The position numbers and the translations under genes were made by a program. From Candidatus Bathyarchaeia archaeon (GTDB taxonomy: Archaea > Thermoproteota > Bathyarchaeia > Bathyarchaeales > Bathycorpusculaceae): a stretch of 64,000 bases of DNA. This document shows, piece after piece, positions 46,446 to 58,218 of this stretch. The notes beneath the pieces were generated by a model, which saw only the letters and a list, made by a program, of their open reading frames with translations, searched no databases and was not told the DNA's origin. Position 1 is the stretch's first letter; each line of letters starts with the position of its first letter. The stretch covers positions 32,001 to 96,000 of the forward strand of contig JAVZLH010000001.1 of the NCBI GenBank assembly GCA_038883855.1. The letters are read 5' to 3'.

Positions 46446-47513
46446 ATGCCTAAAGAATCATTGTGCCTCAAAGTCCCGAAAATTCACGGAGAAAAAGCCA
46501 TCAAATTAGTTAACGCTCTCAAAGTCACCGATAGAGAACTGGAAATTAAGCGAGACTCTGACTTCATTTACATTCCCATAACTCGCCAGCCACAAGAAAA
46601 CGAGCTGGAAACGCTTAAAAAACATCTACCAACTTTTGAAATTTCAAAACACCTTTTTCCTGAAAAAAAGCGTGCAAAAACCTTTATTGAGCTTCTTGAG
46701 GATAGGCTTCCACCTTATTTGTTGGCGAGTTTGCCACGGGCAATGGAGTTTGTCGGAGACATCGCCGTTGTGGAGATTCCGCCGGAACTTGACGCACACA
46801 AAGACATTATTGGCAAAGCAGTTTTGGAAGCGCATAAAAATGTGAAGACTGTGCTTGCCAAAGCTGGAGCAGTTGGTGGCGTCCACCGCGTTAGAGAGTT
46901 CAATGTCATCGCCGGAGAGCCAAAAACAACAACCATCCACAAAGAATATGGTTGCCAATACTACGTTGACCTTGCGAAGGCGTACTTCTCAGCGCGTCTG
47001 GCTTATGAACACAAAAGAGTGGCGTCTCTTGTTAGGGATGGTGAAACTGTCATAGACATGTTCGCCGGAGTAGGCCCCTTCTCCATTCTTATAGCGAGAA
47101 CTCATGAAAGGGTGAAGGTTTACGCCATTGACGTTAACTCTTATGCGGTTGAACTTTTGAGGAATAATATTAAGCTTAACAGAGTTGAAGACAAAGTCCG
47201 CCCATTGTTAGGCGATGCAAGACAGATCATTGAAGAAAGGCTTGTGGGCGTTGCAGACCGCGTGATAATGAATCTCCCAGAAAAAGCCATAGAGTTCGCA
47301 GATGTAGCCTGTAAGGCGCTGAAGCCTGAGGGCGGCGTGGTTCACTTCTACAGTTTCGTTGATGCAAATAATTCTTTGGAAAGTGTGAAGCTTCGTTTTA
47401 TAGAAACCGTCGAGAAATCTGGTCGTAGAGTGGAGAAAATTCTTTTTTCAAGGTTTGTCCGTGAGACAGCACCCTATGAGTGGCAAGTTGTTCTGGACGC
47501 ATTAGTGCACTAA
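46446..47513 (+). CDS. trm5: Trm5/Taw2-family tRNA methyltransferase (probably m1G37)
   Basis: VGDIAV, HKEYG, YFS.RL..E, DMFAGVGPF, RVIMNLP. Confidence 0.88.
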   Translation: MPKESLCLKVPKIHGEKAIKLVNALKVTDRELEIKRDSDFIYIPITRQPQENELETLKKHLPTFEISKHLFPEKKRAKTFIELLEDRLPPYLLASLPRAMEFVGDIAVVEIPPELDAHKDIIGKAVLEAHKNVKTVLAKAGAVGGVHRVREFNVIAGEPKTTTIHKEYGCQYYVDLAKAYFSARLAYEHKRVASLVRDGETVIDMFAGVGPFSILIARTHERVKVYAIDVNSYAVELLRNNIKLNRVEDKVRPLLGDARQIIEERLVGVADRVIMNLPEKAIEFADVACKALKPEGGVVHFYSFVDANNSLESVKLRFIETVEKSGRRVEKILFSRFVRETAPYEWQVVLDALVH

Positions 47514-47935
47514 ACTTCCGCCATAATCGTGATTTTTACCTCTTGCTTAGGGTTCCTTAGTTTCTCCACAAGTTTCCTAGATAAGTTGCATGCTGCCTTA
47601 TCCGCTTTGATGGCTAGGGTTCGACTGCAAACATAATCACTCTTTCTAACAACAATGTCTGTTGGATGTGTCAAAATTAGTTTTGGACTTCCAAAAGCCT
47701 TTACGACTTCAGCGACTTCTCCAGTTTGGATGCGCATGATGATTTTGGCGTTTTCTTTGCATAAACTTTCTTTAAATTGTGGGTTTAGGTCTGCTAAGGC
47801 TTTGTTTGCTGATACAGCGATGATGCAGTCACCTTTTTTTGAAAGATTTTTCTCTTTTGTGATTTCTAAAGTCGTTTTGTGTGTAGCAAGGATGTTTTTG
47901 TGTCCCCAAGCTTGAATTTCCTCTTTTATTTGCAT
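47510..47935 (-). CDS. DUF371 family protein
   Basis: GHKNILATHKTTLEITK, GDCII, RKSDY...RTL.I.ADKAA. Confidence 0.92.
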   Translation of the reverse strand: MQIKEEIQAWGHKNILATHKTTLEITKEKNLSKKGDCIIAVSANKALADLNPQFKESLCKENAKIIMRIQTGEVAEVVKAFGSPKLILTHPTDIVVRKSDYVCSRTLAIKADKAACNLSRKLVEKLRNPKQEVKITIMAEV

Positions 47936-48936
47936 GGATTTTCTCCTTTGCTGACGGATTGGCTGCATTGCTGTTCAAGAATTTCTATCGAGTCAATTTT
48001 TCCATCACCATCTAAGTCGAATCCTTGTATAACAGCCGCAAAAGTGTCTTCGCCCTTATAGTCTTTCAATGTTTTCTTACAAAAGTTGGTTAAAGCGAGA
48101 ACGCATGCCTTTGTGCCCACTGCCTTGTTTCCAGCCAAAACTATAATGCGCTTGTTTTTATCCCATGGATTCACGATTTTTGCCACCAACCCTATGGCAT
48201 CCGCCGTATAAACGTTCTTTGTCTTTTCAGAGACCAAACCGCCGAATAAGAAACCCTGCTCGGAATGTTGCATGTTGAACTTTATCGGCAAATAGTCGTT
48301 AACCTCTTGCGTCAGCAAGTTGGTTCCTGGTCCGCCGACGAGGATAAGGTTGTTCTCTTCCTCTTTTTCAGCCTTAACGTCAACATCAAGCTTTATGGCA
48401 AATTCTTCTGGCGTCTTGGTGAATTGTCCTAAAAAGAATGTTAAGTGAGAGGCGTAATGCCCGTCTCTAGCGCTTGTTTTGAAGGGTCCGTGGGGCATTG
48501 GGCTGCCCACAACAATTTTTCCGTTGAAGGCGCCATTTTCCTTTGTGAATTCCTTGAAGAATGCTTGAATCTGCTCGTCCATTCCTATGGGCGGGAAACC
48601 TTGTATTGGCTTGTATCCTTCTGGTAATTCTATTCCAAAGGCAAGTGAGACTGCCTTGTAATATTTGGCTATGGCGCCTTTCTTTTCCTCTTCTCTCACA
48701 ACTGTTATGGCTCCAGCTTTCGCCAATTTTCTGATGTGGTAATAGACTTTTTGTTCGTGAATCCCTAATTGTTTGGCTATTTCCAGCGGGTACATCTCCT
48801 TTTCAGAGAGCATCGTCAGAATTTTCCATGTAAGTTTGTTCAAAATAGTCTTAAGTGTCTGGGAGTCTGTGAACATTTTGATTTCTTTAACTTTCCCAGC
48901 GGCGCCTTCCTCGAGAAACAGTAGTTTTTTACTCAT
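47926..48936 (-). CDS. ArsR-type wHTH transcriptional regulator with large C-terminal domain
   Basis: N-terminal KILTML..YPLEIAKQLG..EQKVYYHIRKL; C-terminal NLILVGGP..N; divergent from the metE pair. Confidence 0.8.
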   Translation of the reverse strand: MSKKLLFLEEGAAGKVKEIKMFTDSQTLKTILNKLTWKILTMLSEKEMYPLEIAKQLGIHEQKVYYHIRKLAKAGAITVVREEEKKGAIAKYYKAVSLAFGIELPEGYKPIQGFPPIGMDEQIQAFFKEFTKENGAFNGKIVVGSPMPHGPFKTSARDGHYASHLTFFLGQFTKTPEEFAIKLDVDVKAEKEEENNLILVGGPGTNLLTQEVNDYLPIKFNMQHSEQGFLFGGLVSEKTKNVYTADAIGLVAKIVNPWDKNKRIIVLAGNKAVGTKACVLALTNFCKKTLKDYKGEDTFAAVIQGFDLDGDGKIDSIEILEQQCSQSVSKGENPCK

Positions 48937-48971
48937 GGGTTTTCATTAAGCATAAAGGGCGAGTCTATTAT

Positions 48972-49009
48972 TAAAATTTTTATTATAATAAACGGACAAT
49001 TTAGCTAAA
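48972..49009. promoter_or_regulatory. AT-rich palindromes in the divergent promoter between the wHTH regulator and the metE operon
   Basis: TAAAA-T-TTTTA (48972-82), TATTATAATA (48981-90), TTTAGCTAAA (49000-09). Confidence 0.35.
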
Positions 49010-49011
49010 GC

Positions 49012-50019
49012 GTGGCGGTTAACAAAATGATTGGCTGCTACATTACAGGCGCGCTTCCAAGACCGAAAGAGCTTATAGAAGTTACAAGAGCCTATGACAG
49101 GGGTAGAGTCGACGATGTGGATTTGGAAAGAGCTTTTGACGAAGCTACAGTTGAAGTTGTAAACGCTCAAGTTTCAGCGGGTCTAACTTACATATGTGAT
49201 GGCATGCTGAAGTGGCAGGATTTACTGCGTCCATTCACGGAAAATTTGGGCGGTGTGACGGTTGGAAGTTTAGCCAGATGGTTCAACAACAACACCTTTT
49301 ACAGAATTCCCGTTGTGACGGATAAAATTGTGTGGAGGAAAAGCATAGTTGACAAGTGGGTTTACGTTAAACACTTGCCAAAAAATCTCCCATGGAAAGC
49401 AATAGTGCCCGCGCCATACACCTTTGCAAAACTCGCAGAAAACCGTTTCTACAAGGACAAAACTGAACTAATGTTCGACTACGCCAAAGCCCTAAGAAGC
49501 GAAATTGAAAGCTTGGCTAAACTAGGCTTCAAATATGTTCAGTTGAGCGAACCAGCACTAGTATACAGTTCAGCCCCATCTCCGATGGCGATGGAAGAGC
49601 TTGAGGCTGTGAGTGAGGCGTTAGAGGTGGCAGTTAAAGGTGTTCCAGTAAAAACTTGTCTCCAAACCTTTTTCGGAGATTTTTCACGCATATTACCAGA
49701 AGCCTTTGATTTTCCAGTAGACCACCTTGGAATCGACTTATACGAAACAAGTCTCGAAGAAGTTAGAAAGTATGTTTTTGAAAAGGGCATTGCTTTAGGT
49801 TTAGTGGACTCACGCAACTCGCTAATCGAAAACTCAGATGAGCTTATGGCGATTGCAAAAAGACTTCTAAAATCGATTAACCCTTCAGACAAGCATGAAG
49901 TTTTCATATGCCCCAACTGTGATTTAGAGTTTCTGCCATGGGAAAGGGCGAAAGAAAAAATGAAGCTGATTGCGACAGTAGCTGAACAACTCAGAAAGGA
50001 GTTCGACAGCGATGAATAA
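49012..50019 (+). CDS. cobalamin-independent methionine synthase, N-terminal-half (non-catalytic) subunit
   Basis: GALPRP, DG...WQD, RWFNNNTFYR.P, QLSEP; lacks the HxC zinc motif. Confidence 0.85.
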   Translation: MAVNKMIGCYITGALPRPKELIEVTRAYDRGRVDDVDLERAFDEATVEVVNAQVSAGLTYICDGMLKWQDLLRPFTENLGGVTVGSLARWFNNNTFYRIPVVTDKIVWRKSIVDKWVYVKHLPKNLPWKAIVPAPYTFAKLAENRFYKDKTELMFDYAKALRSEIESLAKLGFKYVQLSEPALVYSSAPSPMAMEELEAVSEALEVAVKGVPVKTCLQTFFGDFSRILPEAFDFPVDHLGIDLYETSLEEVRKYVFEKGIALGLVDSRNSLIENSDELMAIAKRLLKSINPSDKHEVFICPNCDLEFLPWERAKEKMKLIATVAEQLRKEFDSDE

Positions 50020-51163
50020 ACTCTTTCCAACACAAGAAATAGGAAGCCTCGCAAAACCTGCATGGAGAATCAAAGGGTATAGAGGCGAACCTCTGACAGA
50101 AAGGGATATAGCCGAAGCTGTAAATTGGGGAAGAAAGCTCGGAATTCAAGATTTAGACGCGTTCATAAAATTTTTAAAGGACACAGACTCCCCGACTAAG
50201 CGGAGAACCGTTCTTGAATGGTCGACAAAATATGCCCTTCGCTTTTTTGAAGCGGCTGGTTTAGACGTGTTCTTTAATGGGGAACAGTGGAGGTCTGAAA
50301 TGTATGAGCATGTTGTTAGGAACGTTGCCGGCTTCAAATTTTTGGGGTTTGTGAAATCTTTTGATTATAGGTATTTTAACAAGGCGGCTTGCGTGGATAA
50401 ACCAAAATATGTTAAGCCCTTCTACCTCGACGAATTTTTGTTTGCAAAAGAAAACACGGATAAAATTTTGAAGATACCCTTCACTGGTCCATACACGCTT
50501 GTCAACTGGACATTTAACGAATACTATGAGAAAAGACTTGGTGGAAAACTCGAGAATTTTAAAAACAGAAAATTCGAAGCTAAGAGAGAATTTCTCTTCG
50601 ACCTAATCAAGGAAGTTGTAAAGCCTGAAATAGACAATTTAGTAAAAGCCGGAGCGCAATGGATTCAAATAGACGAGCCCGCCGCAACAACAGACCCAAC
50701 GGACGAGGAAATGAAGTTGTTTGTGGAATCCTTTAATGAAACCGTTAAGGGTTTTAACTGCACCTTCAGCCTCCACAACTGCTACAGCAACTACAAAGTT
50801 TTAGCAAGATACTCCAGTGAACTAAAGAACTGTAGCCAGCTAGCCCTCGAATTCGCCAACAGAGACAGCAGAAAAACAGGAGTTGGAGACGAGCGAACTG
50901 GCTATAAGGAAATAAGACTTTTTGAGGAACATGGTTTCCGTGGGAATTATGGTTTGGGCGTGATAGATGTGCATACTGACTTCATAGAACCACCTGAGCT
51001 TGTTAGAGACAGACTCTTGCATGCTGCAAAGGTAATGGGCAACCCTGAACGAATATACGCGAGTACCGACTGTGGATTAAGAACTAGAACATGGGAAGTA
51101 AGCTTTCAAAAGCTCAAGAACATGGTTTTTGGCGCTGATTTAGCGCGGAAGGCGTTGACCTAA
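50012..51163 (+). CDS. metE: cobalamin-independent methionine synthase, catalytic subunit
   Basis: TQEIGSLAKP, GEQWR, TGPYTL, IQIDEPA, Zn ligands HNC...E...DCGLRT. Confidence 0.92.
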   Translation: MNKLFPTQEIGSLAKPAWRIKGYRGEPLTERDIAEAVNWGRKLGIQDLDAFIKFLKDTDSPTKRRTVLEWSTKYALRFFEAAGLDVFFNGEQWRSEMYEHVVRNVAGFKFLGFVKSFDYRYFNKAACVDKPKYVKPFYLDEFLFAKENTDKILKIPFTGPYTLVNWTFNEYYEKRLGGKLENFKNRKFEAKREFLFDLIKEVVKPEIDNLVKAGAQWIQIDEPAATTDPTDEEMKLFVESFNETVKGFNCTFSLHNCYSNYKVLARYSSELKNCSQLALEFANRDSRKTGVGDERTGYKEIRLFEEHGFRGNYGLGVIDVHTDFIEPPELVRDRLLHAAKVMGNPERIYASTDCGLRTRTWEVSFQKLKNMVFGADLARKALT

Positions 51164-51351
51164 AAACCAACGATTAAAAAATTTTTACTAAAGCTTTATG
51201 GAATATTCAAAGTTTTAAAGAATCAAAAGTTGCAGTTCTAGAAAATCATTTGAAAAATCTTTTTTAAAATTGAAATTTATTTCCTAAAAATGCTTATTAA
51301 ACTTGAAGAGCATGAATAAAGCCCATAGAAGCAAACAGAAGTGGCTTGCTA

Positions 51352-53181
51352 ATGTGTGGAATCTTTGGCTGTGTACTGAAAGAAGGAAACGCCGCACCTG
51401 TAATACACGCTGCCCTTAAAAGGCTTGAATACCGCGGCTATGACTCAGTTGGAGAGGCAACTCTCCACGAAGGTAAACTGTACATAAAGAAGGATCAAGG
51501 AAAAATAGACGAAGTCCATGCAATTCACAATTTAGATGATATGCCTGGAAGAATAGGCATTGGGCACACAAGATGGGCTACACACGGCGCACCACTGAAA
51601 GTTAATGCACATCCCCATGTTGATTGTAAAGGACAAATTGCCTTAGTTCACAATGGCATTATAGAGAATTTCAACGAGTTAAAGTTGGAACTGGAGAATC
51701 AAGGGCACATTTTTGTGTCAAAAACCGACACTGAAGTATTGACCCACCTTATTGAAGAAAATTTTAAAGCCAACCCTTCTTTGAGCTTGACCGACGCTGT
51801 TCTCGCGGCCATTAAAAGAGTTGAAGGGTCCTACGCCATTGCTGTTATCTCAACAAAGGAACCCGACAAAATAGTCTGTGCAAGAAACGAAAGCCCCCTT
51901 GTAATTGGGATAGGAGAATCGTCAATTTACTGTGCCTCAGACATTCCAGCTTTTCTTCCCCTAACCAACAGAGCTGTCATAATTGACGATGGGGAACTTG
52001 TCACTCTCACTCAAGAAGGCTTCGAAATCAAGAAAATCCGCGACCAAAGCCTCGTTAAGCGAGAGCCAAAACTCATTGATTGGTCGCCTGAAATGGCCGT
52101 CAAACAAGGCTATCCCCACTTTATGCTTAAAGAAATTCATGAACAGCCCATCTGTCTGCGGAACACCCTTAGACTGCAGGAACATTACCTTGATTTGATG
52201 GCGACATTTCTCGACCGCGCCAAAGAAGTTTTCCTAGTGGCTTGTGGAACATCCTATCACGCATGCTTAGCCGCATCCTACATGTTTTCTAAACTTGCTT
52301 TTTTGGCGACCTATCCCGTAATAGCCTCAGAATTCATCGAGCAACACGGCAAGTCCGTAAACATTGACAGCACAATATTGGCGGTGAGCCAGTCAGGCGA
52401 AACAGCAGACACATTGGCATCTGTTAACGCGGCGCGTCAAAGAGCAGCCACAATTTTAGGGTTGACAAACGTGATCGGCTCAACTCTCACAAGGATTTCC
52501 CGTGTCTACATCAGTCAACAGTCTGGTCCAGAGATTGGAGTGGCTGCAACAAAAACGTTCACTTCGCAACTTTCCGTTTTGGCGCAGCTAGCCCTTAGAC
52601 TGGCTAAGAAGAGAGGTAAGGTTTCACAGGACGAAATGGACTTCTTGGCAGAGAAGCTTGAAAAGCTTCCAGACATTGTTGAAACAATAATTAAAACACA
52701 AGAGGAGAAGGTTAAACAAATAGCTAAAAAGTACAAGGACGCTAAAGTGTTCTTTTTCTTAGGCCGCGGAATCAGCACCGCCACTGCCTATGAGGGCAGA
52801 CTGAAACTCATGGAAATAGCCTACGTGCCAGCCATAGCCTTCCCAGCTGGAGAAAGCAAACATGGTCCAATAAGCCTAATAGAACCTGGTTTCCCCGTGG
52901 TTTTCATCTGCCCCAAAGATGAGACGCATAAAACTTTGATAGGTAACATAATGGAGATGAAAGCCAGAGGGGCCTCAATAATTGCCATAATCGAGGAAGG
53001 AGACGAAGAGATTAAGAGGTTGGCCGATGACTATGTTGAAGTGCCTAAGGGCGTTCCAGAAATATTGTCGCCCATACCCTTCGTGATTCCCTTACAACTT
53101 TTAGCATATTACATGAGTATTGAAAAGGGGTATGACCCAGATACTCCGAGAAATCTAGCGAAGTCAGTTACAGTAAAATGA
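51352..53181 (+). CDS. glmS: glutamine-fructose-6-phosphate transaminase
   Basis: MCGIFG, LEYRGYDS, GHTRWATHG, SQSGET, PRNLAKSVTV. Confidence 0.98.
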   Translation: MCGIFGCVLKEGNAAPVIHAALKRLEYRGYDSVGEATLHEGKLYIKKDQGKIDEVHAIHNLDDMPGRIGIGHTRWATHGAPLKVNAHPHVDCKGQIALVHNGIIENFNELKLELENQGHIFVSKTDTEVLTHLIEENFKANPSLSLTDAVLAAIKRVEGSYAIAVISTKEPDKIVCARNESPLVIGIGESSIYCASDIPAFLPLTNRAVIIDDGELVTLTQEGFEIKKIRDQSLVKREPKLIDWSPEMAVKQGYPHFMLKEIHEQPICLRNTLRLQEHYLDLMATFLDRAKEVFLVACGTSYHACLAASYMFSKLAFLATYPVIASEFIEQHGKSVNIDSTILAVSQSGETADTLASVNAARQRAATILGLTNVIGSTLTRISRVYISQQSGPEIGVAATKTFTSQLSVLAQLALRLAKKRGKVSQDEMDFLAEKLEKLPDIVETIIKTQEEKVKQIAKKYKDAKVFFFLGRGISTATAYEGRLKLMEIAYVPAIAFPAGESKHGPISLIEPGFPVVFICPKDETHKTLIGNIMEMKARGASIIAIIEEGDEEIKRLADDYVEVPKGVPEILSPIPFVIPLQLLAYYMSIEKGYDPDTPRNLAKSVTVK

Positions 53182-53308
53182 AAATAGTTTAGACACAGCC
53201 TCTGTTTTACCTGAAAAGTTCCAAAAGGCAAACCGCACGTTGCTATTTCCTTTTTGAATCAAATACGTTAAAAAGGGCGCTCTGCTTTTATTTGTATGGT
53301 GCGAAGGT

Positions 53309-54017
53309 TTGGAAAAGAAGGAATGGGAAAAACTCATCGAAAACTTAGTAAAAGAAGGCGTGCTTCGCTCGCCAAAAGTTATCAAGGCCATGCGTTCTGT
53401 GCCTCGAGCGAAATTTCTGCCGGAAAACATGCAGTCCTACAGCGCAGTGGACACGCCGCTTCCAATTGGTTTTGGGCAAACAATTTCGGCGCCACATAGC
53501 TTCAGCCTTCCGCTGAGCTAGGCGATACATGGTTGCAATAATGAATGAAGCCCTCCAGTTGGAAGTCGGCCATAAAGTGCTGGAAGTTGGAGCGGGTTCG
53601 GGGTGGCATGCAGCCACGATAGCCGAGATAATCGCGCCAAGCGATGCGCCTAGAAGCGGGTGGGGACATGTATACACTGTTGAGATAATTGAGGGATTAG
53701 CTGAGTTTGCTAGAAGAAACGTTATGAAGGCTGGATATGGCGACCGCGTCACAATAATTTGCGCTGACGGGTCGATGGGCTACCCTGAAAAGGCGCCCTA
53801 CGATAGGATAATTGTGACGGCTGCGGCTCCAGATGTTCCAGCCCCTCTCATTGAACAGTTGAAGCCTGGTGGAATAATGCTTATTCCTGTTGGGAGTGCA
53901 CACTTGTTTCAAAGTCTCATAAAAGTTGTAAAAGAACCTGATGGAAAAATTAAAAAGGAGAATCTTTGTGGTGTTGCTTTTGTGCCGTTAACTGGGCGTT
54001 ATGGTCACAAAATTTAG
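53309..54017 (+). CDS. pcm: protein-L-isoaspartate O-methyltransferase in two exons (53309-53495 + 53527-54017; 225 aa spliced)
   Basis: Exon 1 VPRAKF...[14 protein letters not shown]; exon 2 MVAIM...[27 protein letters not shown]...PVG, FVPL; removing 31 nt joins them in frame. Confidence 0.9.
53496..53526 (+). other. putative 31-nt archaeal BHB intron in pcm mRNA
   Basis: CGCC (53490-93) / GGCG (53521-24) 4-bp helix flanked by 3-nt bulges ACA and ATA; internal hairpin TAGCT(T)CAGC-cttcc-GCTGAGCTA; canonical cuts give CCA CAC ATG. Confidence 0.85.
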
Positions 54018-54045
54018 ATGTTGTCTGGAGTTGTTAAAGAGTTTA

Positions 54046-55080
54046 TTATCCAAACCATTTTTCTAGGGTTGTTTTCCCTCTTAGCTTGGTTATTCCCTTT
54101 TGCATTTTTTCCAGCGCCTTTTTTACACGGTCTTCTGAGAAGTCTCTTTCTCTACAGATGAAGTTCACTACCCCTTCCACGTCAGGTTCCTTCCACTCGA
54201 TTTTATAATTGTCCGTTACCTTTGGTCTGAGGAATATCTCCCTAATTCTTTGGGGGTCTACTGGAAAATCCGCGTTTTTGAGATGGGGCAAAGCCTTTTC
54301 GATGCTTCCATGCTCCTTTATCAGTTTCAGGGCAGTTTTGGGTCCCAGTCCCTTTACGCCTTCTGGGTTAAAGTCTGTTCCTATCAGTATACCCACGTCA
54401 ACGAGTTGTTCGTAGGTTATTCCGCATTCTTTCAGAACTTGTTCCAGCTCAACTACTTCTGGTATGACTTCAATATAGACGTTTTTGCCTGGTAGTTTCC
54501 GCCGCCCCGAAATCGTCACGTTTCTTACAAGTCTTGGCGCTCCAAAAAGTAAGCTGTCGTAATCTTGGCTTGCGCAGTAATCGGCGTCTCCACGCTTCAC
54601 CACATGGGCTGCTTGCGCTTCTCCTTCACTTGGAGCTTGTATCCAAGGGATTCCCATTAAATCTAAGAGGCGTTTGCTGTCTTCCGCCATGTAATCCTTT
54701 AAGCGTGAGGTGGCCTGTGCATACATACGGGCTTCTTCAAGCTTGCCTTCCTTAAGGGCTTGCTCATACTTTATTAAGGCTTCTTCTTTCGCCCTCATAC
54801 GCCTTTTAATTTCAACTTCTTTAAGTGCAGGCGGTGTTCCATCAAAAATGTAGATGGGTTTTATGCCTAACTCCACAAGGTTGCTTGTTCTATAAAGGAG
54901 CCCACTTAAGTGACTTGTAATCCTCCCGCTGCTGTCCTTTAGCGGCGTCCCGTCTGGCTGACGGATTATGGCTAAAAACTGGTACAAGGCGTTATAAGCG
55001 TCTATCGCTATGGCTTTTTCACTTAAATCCTCAAGCCTCACAGTCACTTTAGGAACAAGATCTCGGAGGTTTACTCCCAA
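54046..55080 (-). CDS. fen: flap endonuclease 1 (start TTG 55080)
   Basis: GVNLRDL, IDAYNALYQFL, EGEAQAA, SQDYDSLLFG, GTDFN, PIP box TTLEKWF. Confidence 0.97.
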   Translation of the reverse strand: MGVNLRDLVPKVTVRLEDLSEKAIAIDAYNALYQFLAIIRQPDGTPLKDSSGRITSHLSGLLYRTSNLVELGIKPIYIFDGTPPALKEVEIKRRMRAKEEALIKYEQALKEGKLEEARMYAQATSRLKDYMAEDSKRLLDLMGIPWIQAPSEGEAQAAHVVKRGDADYCASQDYDSLLFGAPRLVRNVTISGRRKLPGKNVYIEVIPEVVELEQVLKECGITYEQLVDVGILIGTDFNPEGVKGLGPKTALKLIKEHGSIEKALPHLKNADFPVDPQRIREIFLRPKVTDNYKIEWKEPDVEGVVNFICRERDFSEDRVKKALEKMQKGITKLRGKTTLEKWFG

Positions 55081-55189
55081 AACTACCCCACAAAGATAGG
55101 GGCGCAGAACTGCAATAATAAACTTACTAAGCGAAACGGAGAACATATAAGTAAGTCTTACATTTAGAAAACCATCATTTGGGATGCTT

Positions 55190-55384
55190 ATGGCCGCAGA
55201 AAAACCAACAATGGCGTTAACCTTAGGCGCTTGCACTAGCTGTGGCAAACCTATCCCTCCCGGGGCTAAAGCAACAAAGTTCCTTTGTCCAAACTGTGGA
55301 GAAATTCTGATAAGACGCTGTGAGAAATGCAGAAAGTTTGGTCGGCAATATAGGTGTCCAAAGTGTGGCTTTGTGGGCCCTTGA
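55190..55384 (+). CDS. zinc finger protein (DUF1610/HVO_2753-like)
   Basis: CTSCG...FLCPNCG...RCEKCR...[11 protein letters not shown]; conserved position upstream of EF-1beta. Confidence 0.92.
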   Translation: MAAEKPTMALTLGACTSCGKPIPPGAKATKFLCPNCGEILIRRCEKCRKFGRQYRCPKCGFVGP

Positions 55385-55406
55385 AAAATGGAAAGGAGGT
55401 TAGAAC

Positions 55407-55682
55407 GTGGGAAGCGTTGTAATTGCCTATAAAATATTTCCAACAGACATAATCGTCAACCTTGACGATTTGAAGAAGAAAATTGAGAAATGCCTACCTG
55501 AGTTTGCTTCGGTTTACGGTTACGGAGAAGAACCCATAGCCTTCGGCTTAAAGGCTCTACTGGTTCAAATAAAATTTCCAGAGGATAAGACTGGCATGCT
55601 GGAAGAATTCGAAAAGAAACTTGAAGGGATTAGCGAAATAAGCCAAGTTCAGACAATTATGGTACGAAGAATAAGCAGATAA
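55407..55682 (+). CDS. ef1b: elongation factor 1-beta
   Basis: KIFP, EEPIAFGLKAL. Confidence 0.93.
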   Translation: MGSVVIAYKIFPTDIIVNLDDLKKKIEKCLPEFASVYGYGEEPIAFGLKALLVQIKFPEDKTGMLEEFEKKLEGISEISQVQTIMVRRISR

Positions 55683-55684
55683 CC

Positions 55685-57937
<2,253 letters not shown>

Positions 57938-57948
57938 GAGCTTTATCA

Positions 57949-58176
57949 ATGCCCGTAAAAACTTGGAAAACCCGTCCAGCCTATTTTGTTCTTTTAGAGA
58001 TTTTAAGTAAGAAGGGCGCTATGACGGATGTTGACCTTTTTGATGCTTTGAAGGAGGAATTTGAGGATTTAGGGTTTAAGGATTTTAACGAACTGCTAAT
58101 GCGCCTAGAGGTTAGCGGAAAAATACGGACGATGTCGATGGCGCGTGGGAAGAGACGAGTTGAACTTGTAACATGA
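57949..58176 (+). CDS. small winged-helix protein
   Basis: 75 aa; DLFDALK...LMRLEVSGKI...RRVEL wHTH pattern directly after cdc48. Confidence 0.75.
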   Translation: MPVKTWKTRPAYFVLLEILSKKGAMTDVDLFDALKEEFEDLGFKDFNELLMRLEVSGKIRTMSMARGKRRVELVT

Positions 58177-58218
58177 ACAACCATTTCATAGCCAACCATT
58201 AGTAACAGTGTACACTAA

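Noticed and set aside
53519-53521. Pyrrolysine or stop read-through of the TAG in pcm
   Set aside because: The downstream half is in a different frame (31-nt insert), so read-through cannot join the halves; a ribosomal frameshift would leave about 10 extra residues inside a conserved motif
55081-55443. 121-aa N-terminal extension of FEN1 in the ORF track
   Set aside because: It is antisense to the genuine zinc-finger and EF-1beta genes; FEN1 homology starts at TTG 55080
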